Shown: positions 1 to 11,460, numbered from the stretch's first letter. The stretch: 64,000 bases of DNA from Schizosaccharomyces osmophilus (GCF_027921745.1 NC_079239.1:248001-312000), one strand, 5' to 3'. Program-made: numbers and translations. The notes: generated by a model not told the origin, from the sequence alone.

Positions 1-474
1 CCACCACCAGAACAATATTCCATCAACAAAAGTACTTCATAATCATTCTTCTCTTCGTTTAAAGGAAGAAAAGAAGAGTCGTAATAAGTAACAACGTTGG
101 GATTCGATATAAGCAATTTCTGTTTTTGAGGAGCATACGTTAGTAAATCCGGCAATATGAATTTTTCAATCTGCTTACCATTGTGTCAATTTCCAATTTA
201 ATAGAATTTAACGCATGTTCGTCCGCTGCATACATGCGTTTTAAAACTGCTGGAAGAGGAGACCCGTCTGTTTTTGAGGATGTTTGCACAGCATACACAT
301 GGGAAAAGCCACCTGAAACAAAGTTAGCATTTTCTTTCATTATAATCCTACGCGAAAAGTTGTCTTTTTACCTTCTGACAAGTACTTTTCGACAGTGATG
401 TCGTATTTTCCGATCACATATTTCGATCCAACCAAAAGCTTGTCTTTAAAGAGAAAACCAGCGGTACCAGACAT
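1..474 (-). CDS. ppk29: Ark1/Prk1-family Ser/Thr kinase, 5' part only (runs off the window start); exons 474-372, 312-179, 119-<1
   Basis: Spliced translation [43 protein letters not shown]...AVLKRM...[20 protein letters not shown]...[12 protein letters not shown] covers kinase subdomains I-V with the Ark1/Prk1 'LSEGGFSHVY' signature. Both GT-AG introns have CTAAC branch sites. Neighbour of pim1 as in S. pombe. Confidence 0.85.
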
Positions 475-1285
475 CCTATTGTTCCTTGCTTTCAGTCTTT
501 CAGTAAGGATGAATTATCGCTGGACACAACCGGAGTGTAAAGCGACCGAAATCTGTTTTGTTCTATTAACCGTTAGTTTCTTTTTCTATGCCTTATTATT
601 TTTACTCACTCTTTCCTCTGTAAATATATAAGATAAAACAACTTGTAATACTAATTTGCAGAGGGTGCGTTTTGTTTGTTCGTCCTTAGTACTTGGTATC
701 TTCAGTAAGCTAGTTCTTCCAGCATACATCAGCAACACAAAGTAGGATAAAAAATCAGCGTTTCTTGTTTTTTTAATCTTCAATTTTGTTTTAAAATGTG
801 ATTTTTCACCTTTACATATCGGTTTAGTCCTCTTCTTATAAGGCACCTTATGACTAACCATGCACAACTATGTGAGGTTGAAGTCAATAGCTTTCAAACC
901 TGAAAAACGTATATCAAATATAACAGTCTACGCCGTCTTAAAGCTCTTCCTACGAAGCCAGGAAATCCAAAGTTATCTCCTTTCAGTTACAAGTCCTAAC
1001 AAAACGTTTGCTAGGTGCATTGGTTTTGAAGTTTCTTCAAAAGACACTTTGACTTTGTTTTATTGAAACACAAAGCAAGAATGAGTACCGTCGAGAAGTC
1101 TGACCACTGCAGTTAGAATTCCAATGCTATTTACTACCAAGTGTCAGCAATGTGCGAGGTGAGCTGAACGTAAGAATTTAAATGTTTACTGATCCAATTT
1201 ACTGTTACAAAGATAAGTAGGCTCTTTTTTTTAGCTTCTTTTGTCATTCCTATTGCTTCTTATTCACTTTTCTATGACAATTTGG

Positions 1286-1294
1286 TTTGTTTAC
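1286..1294 (-). promoter_or_regulatory. Forkhead/FLEX-like site GTAAACAAA (second copy at 1506-1514) in the ppk29-pim1 divergent region
   Basis: TTTGTTTAC on + strand at both positions; consensus match only. Confidence 0.3.
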
Positions 1295-1443
1295 ATTATA
1301 GTGCATCACTAAAATACGTTATGCTGATTAGTGAGTCTTAAGCTCTTTTTCATGACTTCATTATTTGGGACAAAACATTTCGACCTAAATCAAAACGAAA
1401 AAAAAGCAGTAATTTGTGGATTGCTCATTTTCCTTCTTTAAGC

Positions 1444-1559
1444 GTATGTATCTTCATCTTTCCTATACAGTCTGGGCATCTAAAATTCCTCTGATTTAGG
1501 TTTGCTTTGTTTACGCTGTGGGGTGACAAATTGACATGTTTACTAACATTGGTACACAG
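1444..1559 (+). other. Probable 5'-UTR intron of pim1
   Basis: GTATGT donor at 1444, perfect TACTAAC at 1541-1547, CAG at 1557-1559. An in-frame TGA lies between the acceptor and ATG 1603, so the upstream exon cannot be part of the pim1 CDS. Confidence 0.65.
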
Positions 1560-1602
1560 AAAATAATCCCTTGAAATTCTTACTGGAGCGAATTACTTCA
1601 AA

Positions 1603-3385
1603 ATGTCAGGAACTAGAGTCACTAGAAGGTCACAGAGGCAACAGGAAGCTACGGGGAATGGTATGAATAAGCGCGAGCTGGAAGATCATGAAGCGCCTGT
1701 TTCGACCAAACCTTCGAAAAAGCGTGTCAAGGTTTCCAGCGGTCCTAAACCCGTAAGGACTACTGGAAAAAAACTGAACAGTATTCCCTCTCTCTCTACT
1801 GAACTGTTAGACGTTTTTGTTTTTGGTACTGGTTCCATGAATGAACTCGGCATGGGTGACTTAGAAGTCGACGTCGCTTATAGACCTCGCCTTAACCCAA
1901 ATTTACCAAGAGACAAGATTGGTGTCGTTGATTTGGCCGTTGGTGGCATGCACTCAGCTGTACTTTCTCATGATGGTCGCGTTTTCACATGGGGTGTCAA
2001 CGACGACTTTGCTTTGGGTCGTGCTACAAAGAACCAAACTGACAAAGAAGGAAACACAATTGACAATGATTTATTAGAAGGAACTCCTAATCAGGTTACT
2101 GGTGCTATCGAGCGTTTGAAAATCACCAAAGTCTGTTGTAGCGATAATCTTACGGTTGTCGTCACAGAAAATGGCAGCTGCTTCAGTTGGGGTACTTTTC
2201 GTGTAAGTTTTTCATAAAAAGTTTGCCCATAACGTTTTTTCTGTGAGACTTGTTCATATTGGTACAAGTCTCCTTGTTCGTTGTGCCTCAACATCACTTC
2301 GCTTTGGTATGAAATTTGCTAACAGATTCTAGTGCTCTGATGGTGTTTTAGGGTTCAGCGCATCCACGAAGCGTGCCCCAGAACCTGTTCAAATGCCTCT
2401 TCCCGAAGTTGCGCAAGTTGCTGCTGGCACTGATCACATTCTTGCCTTGACAACAACAGGAAAAGTTTATACCTGGGGAAATGGTCAGCAATGTCAACTC
2501 GGACGTCGCATGATGGATCGTCGTCGACTTCAAGGCTTAAAACCGGAGCCTCTTGCCCTTAAAAACATAGTGGCCGTTGGTGCCGGGGCTTACCATTCCT
2601 TTGCTATAAATAGCAAGGGAAAGGTTTATGCATGGGGTTTAAATATGACAAAACAATGCGGCATTGCCGATGAAGAAGATGAAGAAGAAGGTATTGTTAC
2701 TAAGCCTACTTTAGTAGAGGCACTGGAACCCTACAAAATAAAAGCTATTACAGGTGGTGAACACCATACCCTTGCACTATTAGAAGATGGACGAGTATTG
2801 GCTTGGGGTCGTCATGATCGCCATCAACTTGGTATACCCGATGATGCATTACCTGAATCCCTTACCAAAGACGAAAAGGGCTACAACTATACTGTATCTA
2901 ACCCTACTATTGTCCCTGGAATCTCGAATGTTGTTCAAATCTGCTGTGGTACCCACCATAGTTTGGCAGTAACCAATGATGGTAAACTCTATTCATGGGG
3001 ATCATCTGAGAATTATGAAGTTGGACAAGGTGACACTGATGAAGAGATTCAAGTGCCTACACTTGTTCGCTCTAAGGCTATAAAGACGGCTAGTGTCCGT
3101 GTCGCAGGTGCTGGTGGTCAATTTTCCGTGGCCGCTGGTGCTCCTACTGAATTGGATACGAAACCTTCTGAAGACGGAGTAAAGACTGAAAACGAAGTAA
3201 AATCCGAAGAAAAGAATGTTTCTATTTCCCCAAAGCAAGAAACTGAAGAATCAAAGCCTGTCACTACTGAGTCCACGGAAATGCATATTGACCAGCAACC
3301 ACCTACTACCGAAGATCAAACAACTATACAGAGTACTGAAGAAAAAAAGGAATTTGCTGAAGAAACCGAATCTACGTCTACTTAA
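1603..3385 (+). CDS. pim1: RCC1-family Ran GDP/GTP exchange factor; exons 1603-2202, 2333-3385
   Basis: RCC1 repeats (VAAGTDHILALTTTGKVYTWG etc.) and a basic N-terminal NLS. Intron 2203-2332 (GTAAGT..GCTAAC..TAG) joins WGTFR/CSDGVLGFS. Confidence 0.95.
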
Positions 3386-3494
3386 TATTAATTCAGCTAT
3401 ATATCAAACTAAAAATAATAATTTTGGTTGTATTGTTCAAACAAATGTGCGTTTAAGAAACAAATCTGCCACACGATTGATTGTAGTTTTGCGA

Positions 3495-4118
3495 ATGGAT
3501 GAAACCGTCGCCAAATTATTAAAGGAACTTGAAGGTTCTTCAAATTCCTTTCCAACAACAAAAGAGGCGTTAAATGACAGAAATTTATCCCAAACGGTCT
3601 CTAGTGAACCGGATTCTTCATTCAACAACCAAAAGGCCGCTCAAGAACTTGCTTTTGTCGAAAATATTCACTCGTATCCAGCAGCTTTACGCTATGTTTT
3701 TTCGTTGCAAGCAAAAAACCCAGAGAGGTTGCGTAAAGTAAAGAAACTGAAAACCATGCAGGAACGCCAAGAACGCGATTGGTTCATGGAGCGCCAAAGA
3801 CTAATTCATCATTATCAGTCTAAAAACAAAATAAAGAATCTTCTGACGCCTCTCTCAACTTCTCGGAGTCATGCATCTTCTGTTGATTTGCACTCTGCTA
3901 CTGATGCGAACTCTCTGAGTGAACACGACAGGGAACTTCAGGAAGCATTATTAGAATTTGATGAAAAAATTGTATTGCTAACGGAAAGAATGTATTCCGA
4001 TCAAAGAAAGACACTTTCCGAGATGCATATTCCGCTATTCCTCATTCCTTCATCAGAACCTTTGACAGAAGAACAGAGCAAGTTAAAACAGCTATTACAG
4101 GATCTGTTTAATGAATAA
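3495..4118 (+). CDS. Conserved fungal protein, probable DUF2458 family (SPBC557.02c orthologue)
   Basis: 207-aa ORF from MDETVAKLL with YPAALRYV...QERQERDWF...FDEKI...HIPLF motifs; syntenic between pim1 and rga5. Confidence 0.75.
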   Translation: MDETVAKLLKELEGSSNSFPTTKEALNDRNLSQTVSSEPDSSFNNQKAAQELAFVENIHSYPAALRYVFSLQAKNPERLRKVKKLKTMQERQERDWFMERQRLIHHYQSKNKIKNLLTPLSTSRSHASSVDLHSATDANSLSEHDRELQEALLEFDEKIVLLTERMYSDQRKTLSEMHIPLFLIPSSEPLTEEQSKLKQLLQDLFNE

Positions 4119-4141
4119 GCAAGGCCATTTGATCATTGAAG

Positions 4142-4158
4142 ATAATAATAATAATAAT
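4142..4158. repeat. (TAA)5 microsatellite in the 3' flank
   Basis: ATAATAATAATAATAAT read directly. Confidence 0.7.
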
Positions 4159-4735
4159 GGGAATGGAATGTATATTATGTTCTTTTTATACTTAGCAAAT
4201 TACATATGGAGAATCAACATCTCCAAGCAAATAGAAAAGGTACTCTTAATACCTTGATACGAAAGACTGAACAAAATTAATTTACAACAATTATAAACAC
4301 TTATCTTTACACACAAGGTCACTATATACAGAAATCGAACAATCCACAGCAAAATAACATCAAAACATAGTGCTCTAAAGAAACAAATAACCGTTCAATA
4401 TTACTTTCAAAACGAACAAGAAAGATTCCGAAGACAAACAGACAGACTTCCAAAAACAATTATTCAGAAAGTTAAAAAATTAAGCAAGAAAAAACAAATT
4501 CCAAAAAAGGAACAACTAAACGATAATTTTGCAAATGGTAATCTAGCGTAAAATCTTTAACGAATGGCTACCAGATAAAAGAAAACCAAAAAACAAAAAA
4601 CACGTAAGACTCAAATAAGAAACCACTGTAAATAAAAGAACGATAGGTAGAATCTATACAGAACTATATACAACATTGAGAACAAACTTCTCACTAAAGG
4701 GTTGTCGTTAAAAAGCATAATTTCACGTTAACTGT

Positions 4736-5758
4736 TTAGGTGTCCCTCCGACGGTCCAGTGTATGAAAGAGCTTCATGGAACCACTTCGGGATAAAGAGT
4801 TGGATCTAGGTTTATCATTTTTAGGGGAACCAGATAGTTTTTGATCATCCACGTTGGTACCACGATCAAGAATATCGGCAGTAGAAAGATTTTTACGGGA
4901 TTGGCGATTTAAGGAACGCCATCGCTTAACGGTTCCACTTTTGGAGCTATACAATTCCATTTTGGGGTGATGATCGGATTGTGCTACCAAGGTGGAAGAA
5001 GAAGCATCGGGAGATGTGGGACTGGGAACCAGGGGAGGTAACGAGGAAAGAGGAATAGTCTTTATAAAGCTTCCTTGATGGCTAATTAAAAATAACAGAG
5101 CATTTTGTGAAATTTTGTAATCTTTGGAATATACTTCGTGGTTAGGATGGGATAGGATACCAGGTTGAAAAATAGCGGCTAAATTCTCTGCGGGCATTAG
5201 GTTTATGTGTGAATTAGAAGCAAAAACAGCCAGCAAATCCAAAAGATAAAGAAGAAGCTGTCGATTTGGGATAGGAAGGTTGTCTATGCGTTGGCGATAT
5301 ATCTCAACACGATCATTGTCTGTCAAATTGGAAATGGTCATAGGCTCACGGAAAAGCTCATAGTAATTTAGGGGAATCACATGGTCAGGCATCAAGTTTA
5401 TAAATCTTCGAAACACGTTGGCAGCATCATGAACGGTATAACCATCCCATTCAAAGCTACGGCCGTAATCCGGACCGGTGCTAAACGCTTTTTGAAGTAC
5501 TTGAATCCTTTTCGATGAGCCATTTACCCGGAATATTCCTTTTACTAGTGTAGCATTCTGTTTTAAAAAGAACCCGCATTTTGCAACTGCTGCAGGTATA
5601 TACCCATAAAACACCTTTTCGCCATCTTTTCGAGTGAGGAAAATCGCTATTTTCGATACTTCCAAAGCTTCGGAAAGACTCAATCCAAACAATTTGTTCT
5701 CACTTGCTTTATGAATTCTCAATTGCTTCCACCAAGTTCTTAGTGGATTTTTCCCCAT
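4736..5758 (-). CDS. rga5: Rho GTPase-activating protein (Sac7/Bag7-like)
   Basis: RhoGAP domain: GIFRVNGSSKRI (arginine finger), VHDAANVFRRFI, NLMPAENLAAIFQPGIL. First in-frame ATG is at 5758; the ORF track start at 5788 is TTG. Confidence 0.9.
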   Translation of the reverse strand: MGKNPLRTWWKQLRIHKASENKLFGLSLSEALEVSKIAIFLTRKDGEKVFYGYIPAAVAKCGFFLKQNATLVKGIFRVNGSSKRIQVLQKAFSTGPDYGRSFEWDGYTVHDAANVFRRFINLMPDHVIPLNYYELFREPMTISNLTDNDRVEIYRQRIDNLPIPNRQLLLYLLDLLAVFASNSHINLMPAENLAAIFQPGILSHPNHEVYSKDYKISQNALLFLISHQGSFIKTIPLSSLPPLVPSPTSPDASSSTLVAQSDHHPKMELYSSKSGTVKRWRSLNRQSRKNLSTADILDRGTNVDDQKLSGSPKNDKPRSNSLSRSGSMKLFHTLDRRRDT

Positions 5759-6499
5759 ATCGTTTAGACTTTTCGACCGATGCCTCAATCATTCACTATA
5801 TATAGAAAGGTAAATGTTTTCCTTTCTCCTTCTGTCTTTAACTGAGGACTCTCTCAGCAAAATATTTGAATTGAGAGGTCTTTTGATTAATACTTGTAAG
5901 AATGGCTAGTCCTTTTCCACAAAGCAATGAGATATTTCTTTTTCTTTTATAATAAGCGGTAAAAGCTTTTTTGAAGAATAAATAAACAGAAATTTGATCA
6001 ATCTTATTGTTTTTTTTGAAATCCGTTGTATGTAATGAGAGGGCTGGCAGGCAGGCAGTTTGCTACCAGGGTACAATGCCTAGCAATAACGGGCTAATCC
6101 ACGGTATTTCCGCGGCTAGAAACTTACCTCGGTATGTTTATATTTTTGACAGGTATGAGAATGTAAAATTTAATATAATCCCAAAAAAAGGAGATTAAAA
6201 ACGCGAAATAGTTGTAAAACATATTGTTTTTTTTTCTTCTTTTATTCTTGATAATGTAATCATATTATACAAGCTTTTGGCTGATGCATTGAAGTTTTAG
6301 TTTGGTTTCCTTGTGACATGGGAATGATGAAATAAAATCATTTTAGCAAGACCAAGGATGCTCTTTCTTTTTTCTTTTTTTAAATGTCTATGTATGTACT
6401 TTGGGAGATACAAAAAGACAGCTATGATGGGTTCTATCTCTCAAATTTGAGTAGACAATAAACACTATAAATAAATAGCATCAAATGAAACAAATCTCG

Positions 6500-6512
6500 T
6501 TTCTTTGTTTAC
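6500..6512 (+). promoter_or_regulatory. Overlapping Ste11 TR-box (TTCTTTGTTT) and forkhead/FLEX (TTTGTTTAC) match
   Basis: TTTCTTTGTTTAC about 350 bp upstream of the acid phosphatase ATG; consensus match only. Confidence 0.3.
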
Positions 6513-6858
6513 ATCCTACGCAACATAATCTTATGAAACTATAGGATTGTATATTACGTAAAATAATGCAAACATGATTAGTAGATTCCCGATTACTCTA
6601 TGGGGAATAAAGCCCGATCACAATTTCATATTGGAAGTGCAATTACTCATTAGTAGATATACGATTGATGAAGTCAATAACAGCTCAATTTTTCTTAATA
6701 ATAATATTTGACCGTCTTTCCTATCTACTTGAGCCGTCTTTTCTAATGAATGATTGATTTAAATTGAGCGTTTGTTCCTGCCTTTTCCAATTCATTTCAT
6801 TTCTTATTACTACTCTCTTTTCCTTCTTCTTTCCTTTTAAAATTTTGCTTTCATCGGT

Positions 6859-8244
6859 ATGCGGCTGCTCAGTTTCTCTTTATTGTTTGTCGCTCTCTTA
6901 GCGGGCTCTGTATCGGCTCGGTTTTCTGACTTTGAAGCCTTCAAAAATAAATTCAATCTCCAGGAAAATTTAGGAACCCTTAGTATTTACCATGAACCAT
7001 ATTTTACTGGATTGAGCACTGCATTTCCGGAGTCGTGTGAAATTCGTCAAGTCCATGTTTTGCAACGCCATGGTTCACGAAACCCTGCCAGTGATGACGG
7101 TTTGTCTAGCGCTATAAAGCTTGTTGAAATGCAAGAAAGATTATTAAATGGGTCACTCCCAATCAACTATACAATTCCTAACAACCCCTTTCGGTTTATC
7201 AAATCTTGGGTTCCCGTCATCGATATTCGTAACACCGACCAGCTTTCCAGTATGGGTCGTGTAGAGCTTTTTGAAATGGGTCGTGAAGTTTTTATTCGAT
7301 ATAGAGAACTGTTTGACGCCGATGTGTATGATATCAATACAGCGGCTCAAAAGCGTGTCGTCGAATCTGCAGAGTGGTACAGTTACGGCATGTTTGGAGA
7401 CGAAATGGCAAATAAAACGAAATTTACTTATCTTGCCGAGGATGAGTCTCCAGGTTCTAATTCTCTTTCCAACTATAATTCTTGTCCTGTTTATTACGAA
7501 AACAACATCGACCTCAAAGAGGTAAACGAAGCTTCTCATACTTGGGGAAATTCGTTTTTACCTTCTATTATAAATCGTCTTTTTCCTTACTTTTCAAACT
7601 ACAATCTCACCGTTGAGGATGTTGAAACCTTTTTCTATTTATGTGCTTACGAACTCACTCTAAAAGATGAGAGCGACTTTTGCTCTCTTTTTAACCCATC
7701 CGATATTATGAACTTTGAGTACACATACGACGTGAAAAACTCCCTTTATGGTGGTCCTTCTTCGAAATGGGTCAATGTTTTGGGTGGTCCTTATATTCAT
7801 AATCTGGCGAATTCTCTTCATTCCGTCTATAATGAAAGCGATCACCAAAAAGTATTCTTGGCTTTCACCCACGATGCTCAAATTATTCCTGTCGAATCTG
7901 CTCTTGGTTTCTTCCCCGATATAACTCCTGAACACCCTCTCCCTGTAACTCATAACCCTTATACTTATTCTATGAAAACTTCATCATTCGTTCCTTTTGC
8001 TGGAAATCTAATAACCGAACTTTTCCAATGCCAAGATCAAAAGTATTATGTCCGTCACCTTGTCAACCAGCAAGTCTTTCCACTAACAGACTGTGGTTAT
8101 GGTCCTTCTAACTCTTCAGATGGTATGTGTGAACTTTCCGCTTACCTGAATTCTCCTGTTCGTTACAATTCTACACATAACGGAACCGACATCTTTAATG
8201 CTGCTTGCAAGGCAAAGCCAGCCAATGTCACCCTTCATTATTAG
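6859..8244 (+). CDS. Secreted histidine acid phosphatase, Pho4-like (thiamine-repressible type) paralogue
   Basis: Signal peptide MRLLSFSLLFVALLAGSVSA, active site RHGSRNP, proton-donor motif FTHD, many N-glycosylation sequons. By recall it is closer to S. pombe Pho4 than Pho1, but it is not at the pho4 locus, so the symbol is withheld. Confidence 0.92.
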   Translation: MRLLSFSLLFVALLAGSVSARFSDFEAFKNKFNLQENLGTLSIYHEPYFTGLSTAFPESCEIRQVHVLQRHGSRNPASDDGLSSAIKLVEMQERLLNGSLPINYTIPNNPFRFIKSWVPVIDIRNTDQLSSMGRVELFEMGREVFIRYRELFDADVYDINTAAQKRVVESAEWYSYGMFGDEMANKTKFTYLAEDESPGSNSLSNYNSCPVYYENNIDLKEVNEASHTWGNSFLPSIINRLFPYFSNYNLTVEDVETFFYLCAYELTLKDESDFCSLFNPSDIMNFEYTYDVKNSLYGGPSSKWVNVLGGPYIHNLANSLHSVYNESDHQKVFLAFTHDAQIIPVESALGFFPDITPEHPLPVTHNPYTYSMKTSSFVPFAGNLITELFQCQDQKYYVRHLVNQQVFPLTDCGYGPSNSSDGMCELSAYLNSPVRYNSTHNGTDIFNAACKAKPANVTLHY

Positions 8245-9173
8245 AGTAGTGTGACTTAAGTCTTATGAGTTTCCCTTTTTGGTAAGTGTAATTGATGATA
8301 CTTATTTTCATCAACAAAGCATATACCAAGTGTTGCTGCGTAAGAATAGACGTTCTAACTCTTGGTTTTCTTGTGCCTTTGGTCAGGCTATAAGTCCATG
8401 TTGTTCAAACATCTTCACAGTAGACGAATTCCAAAGCAAGTGATCCATCAAATAGGTAAAAAATCTAAAGAACAATCAGCAAGCAAATCTATACAACAGG
8501 CATCTTACAAAGGAGATGCCTGCTTCATGCTTGACTTTTGTATAGCAAAAAGGACAGAAACCAACTCCCAACTTTTATCAAACGATTCAATGATCCATCT
8601 AAATGTTATTTTGAGGGTGAGTTCTCGGGGATCTCTTGGAGGCTCAATTTTTTTCTCCTTTGTTTTATTGAATCTTTACTCTTTAGTCAACCTCATAGTT
8701 AACAACGTATAAGACATCTCTTATACGTCGATCCATAAAAGCTTTTCTTTTATTTGCTTGTAATAATTATGGCAAAACATTCCATACTGTTGAGGATCCT
8801 GAAATGAACGATTCTTATTACTAAAAGACGATAACGACTATATAAACAAATGCTCTCTAACTTCATTTAAACATACTCTTTGATCTATAAGAAAGTACTT
8901 CATCCTAATTAACAAAATTGATAATCCGTGAAAGTACCTCGGATTCCACCAAACAACATTTTCAATTCTAAAAGAAATAAATTTTATTAAGTTATTTGAT
9001 CCATAATAGATGGCTTCATTCGACTTTTCTGAGCTATCTAAATGACAAACTCTCTACCACCGGTTTCCCCAACTACCATACAAGACTAGGTAAACTTTCA
9101 ATTCGCGTCGTCAGGTTGATGAAAACAAGCTGATAGAATCTTCATGTTTTTTTAAAATATTTAAGTTGGGATT

Positions 9174-11163
9174 ATGGAACATCAATCGGCAGCTCGCGCC
9201 TATACCAAATTAGAGATTGTAGGCCGTGGTTCATACGGTGCTGTGTACAAAGGGTATGAGTTGATTGCTTTAGTACATACATGCAGGATAAACTAATACA
9301 TGTTAGACTTCGAAATGCTACGAAGGAGATTGTAGCTATTAAGGTCTTGAATTTGGACACAGCAGAAGACGAAGTGTCGGATATTCAAAAAGAAATTACT
9401 GTCTTAAGTGAATTAAAGCAACGAGAATCTGAAAATATCGTCAAATACCATGGTTCCTACTTGGTAGATACGGATTTATGGATTATTATGGACTATTGTC
9501 AAGGCGGCAGCGTTCGCACTTTAATGGAAGCTGGTCAAATAAGTGAACCTTATATTTCCATTATTCTTCGGGAAACTTTACAAGCCCTAAAGTTCATTCA
9601 TCATGCTGGTATCATTCACCGTGATATAAAAGCAGCTAATATTCTTGTTTCTGTGTCTGGTAATGTCAAGCTTTGTGATTTCGGGGTTGCTGCTGAAATC
9701 AATATTAATAGTAGGAAACGAACGACTTTTATTGGAACACCTTATTGGATGGCACCTGAAGTTATTCGTGATGGACAAGAATATAATGTTATGGTACGTT
9801 TGTGAGACTCCAACGCATTTTTCTGTAACCATTGGTTTGCTAATGTTATTAGGCTGATATATGGTCTTTAGGAATTACAGCTTATGAGATTGCTACCGGT
9901 TCTCCTCCTCACGCCAAAGAAGACCCGTTTCGAGCGGTTTTCCTTATAGCCCACACACCTCCACCGAAGCTCGAAGGCAATTTTAGCATTTTATTAAAAG
10001 ATTTTATTGCTTCTTGTTTAAATGTTGTGCCAGAAAAACGTTTGGACGCCTCTGAACTTATAAAATCAAAATTTATCAAACAACACGCACGTCAACCTGA
10101 AAATGAGCTATGCAACCTGGTTAAACGTTACGAGCATTGGCAAGCAGCTGGTGGTGTGCCTGAGACTCTAAAGACACCAGACGAACCTGAAGATGGCAGC
10201 GACCAAGATAATGATACTTCTGAAACAGCTTGGGATGATGGTTGGGAATTCGGAACCGTGAAACAATTACCACAGCTACAATCCCAGTCATCTTCAGGAT
10301 CTGCAACCCCAACGTCGAAGAATTTCTCGTCTACTTCATTTTCTGTGCCAGAAAACGAGTCTCATCCTCTTTTGCAGCTTTTTCAGAGTGGTTCTATCAG
10401 TAATGAAGGTTCCTCTAATATTAGCGAAGGGATTTCAGATCAAGAATTGAGCAGTGAACCTTCATACTCCCAAATTGAACTACCAAGTTTTGATAAGGAA
10501 AACGAAAGGTTTGAGAACGTGGCAGGTGTTAATTCAAAACAACCGAAACCTCAAGAAGACTCAGAATTGATGGTCAATCGAATTAGGGGAAATGTTAAGA
10601 GCTCTTTAGACCAGAATGTTAAGCGTCCACTACCACGCCTTGTCCAACGGCAAATGAATATGGGAAAAAGGGGCATATCCATGTCTCCTATGAAAAGTCC
10701 TCTTCGATTTCCATCTTCGCTAGATCCTCAGTCTAGAAGTGTTTCCCTTAGTGCTTTTGAACAAATTAACACTCCCTCAGTAGATACCAACGCCCACAAA
10801 CTACATTCCGGTTTACCACCAACAGATGTTCCTCGACCTTCTAATAACCAACCAGCAAAAGCTACGTCTCCATCGATTCCCGTACATTCCGTCAATTCAA
10901 CTACTGTAAAGCCTTTTAACTCAAAGCTACGAGCGCGTTTGCCCCCATTGTCTATTAATTCCTCACAATCGAACATGGGTTTAAATGAAAATTTTGAACC
11001 TCCTCCTGTTAAGCCATTACCAATGGAATTATTCGATGATAATTTTCATAACATACATACTATGAAGTCCTCTATAAAAGTGGAATTAGACAATCTTTTG
11101 ACAGAAATGGATGTCTACTTAAAAGGATTGGAGGTGAGTCTCACCAAAACAAAAGACATTTAA
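9174..11163 (+). CDS. nak1: GCK/Ste20-family kinase of the MOR network (Kic1 orthologue); exons 9174-9253, 9307-9793, 9853-11163
   Basis: [27 protein letters not shown] / [11 protein letters not shown] / DFG / [10 protein letters not shown] / ADIWSLG; two canonical introns restore the frame. Confidence 0.93.
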
Positions 11164-11460
11164 TGACTTATTACGAAAATGTTTTAATTTATAATTTATT
11201 TAAGGTTAAAAATATAGAAGCACCATTCTCAATAATCGGTATACTACTTGAAAAATATTTGATAGAAATTTACGATTGCTAGTTAAACAGCTGAAATCCT
11301 AATCGATAACCCATAAATATTTCATTAATAAACAACGTTTAGGTTTGCGTCTGGTTTTTAAATAGACTTGAGAGACCATACTACTTTCATTATGAGATCC
11401 CCCTTTTGCTAAATGGTATAGATAGACATATCTATCTTTTTGTTTCACATCATTTCTTTT

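Noticed and set aside
1098..1115. GTCTGACCACTGCAGTTA resembles an internal piece of 5S rRNA as I recall it
   Set aside because: Only about 16 of 18 nt match and the flanks do not; this is within chance for 64 kb, and no full 5S gene is present.
1142..1536. TGTCAGCAAT...TTGACA looks like Tf-type solo-LTR ends
   Set aside because: Similarity stops after 10 nt, there is no 5-bp target-site duplication (CCAAG versus TGTTT), and the right end lies in the pim1 UTR intron.
8362..8712. 116-aa ORF between the phosphatase and nak1
   Set aside because: TTG start, no motif, composition typical of intergenic DNA.
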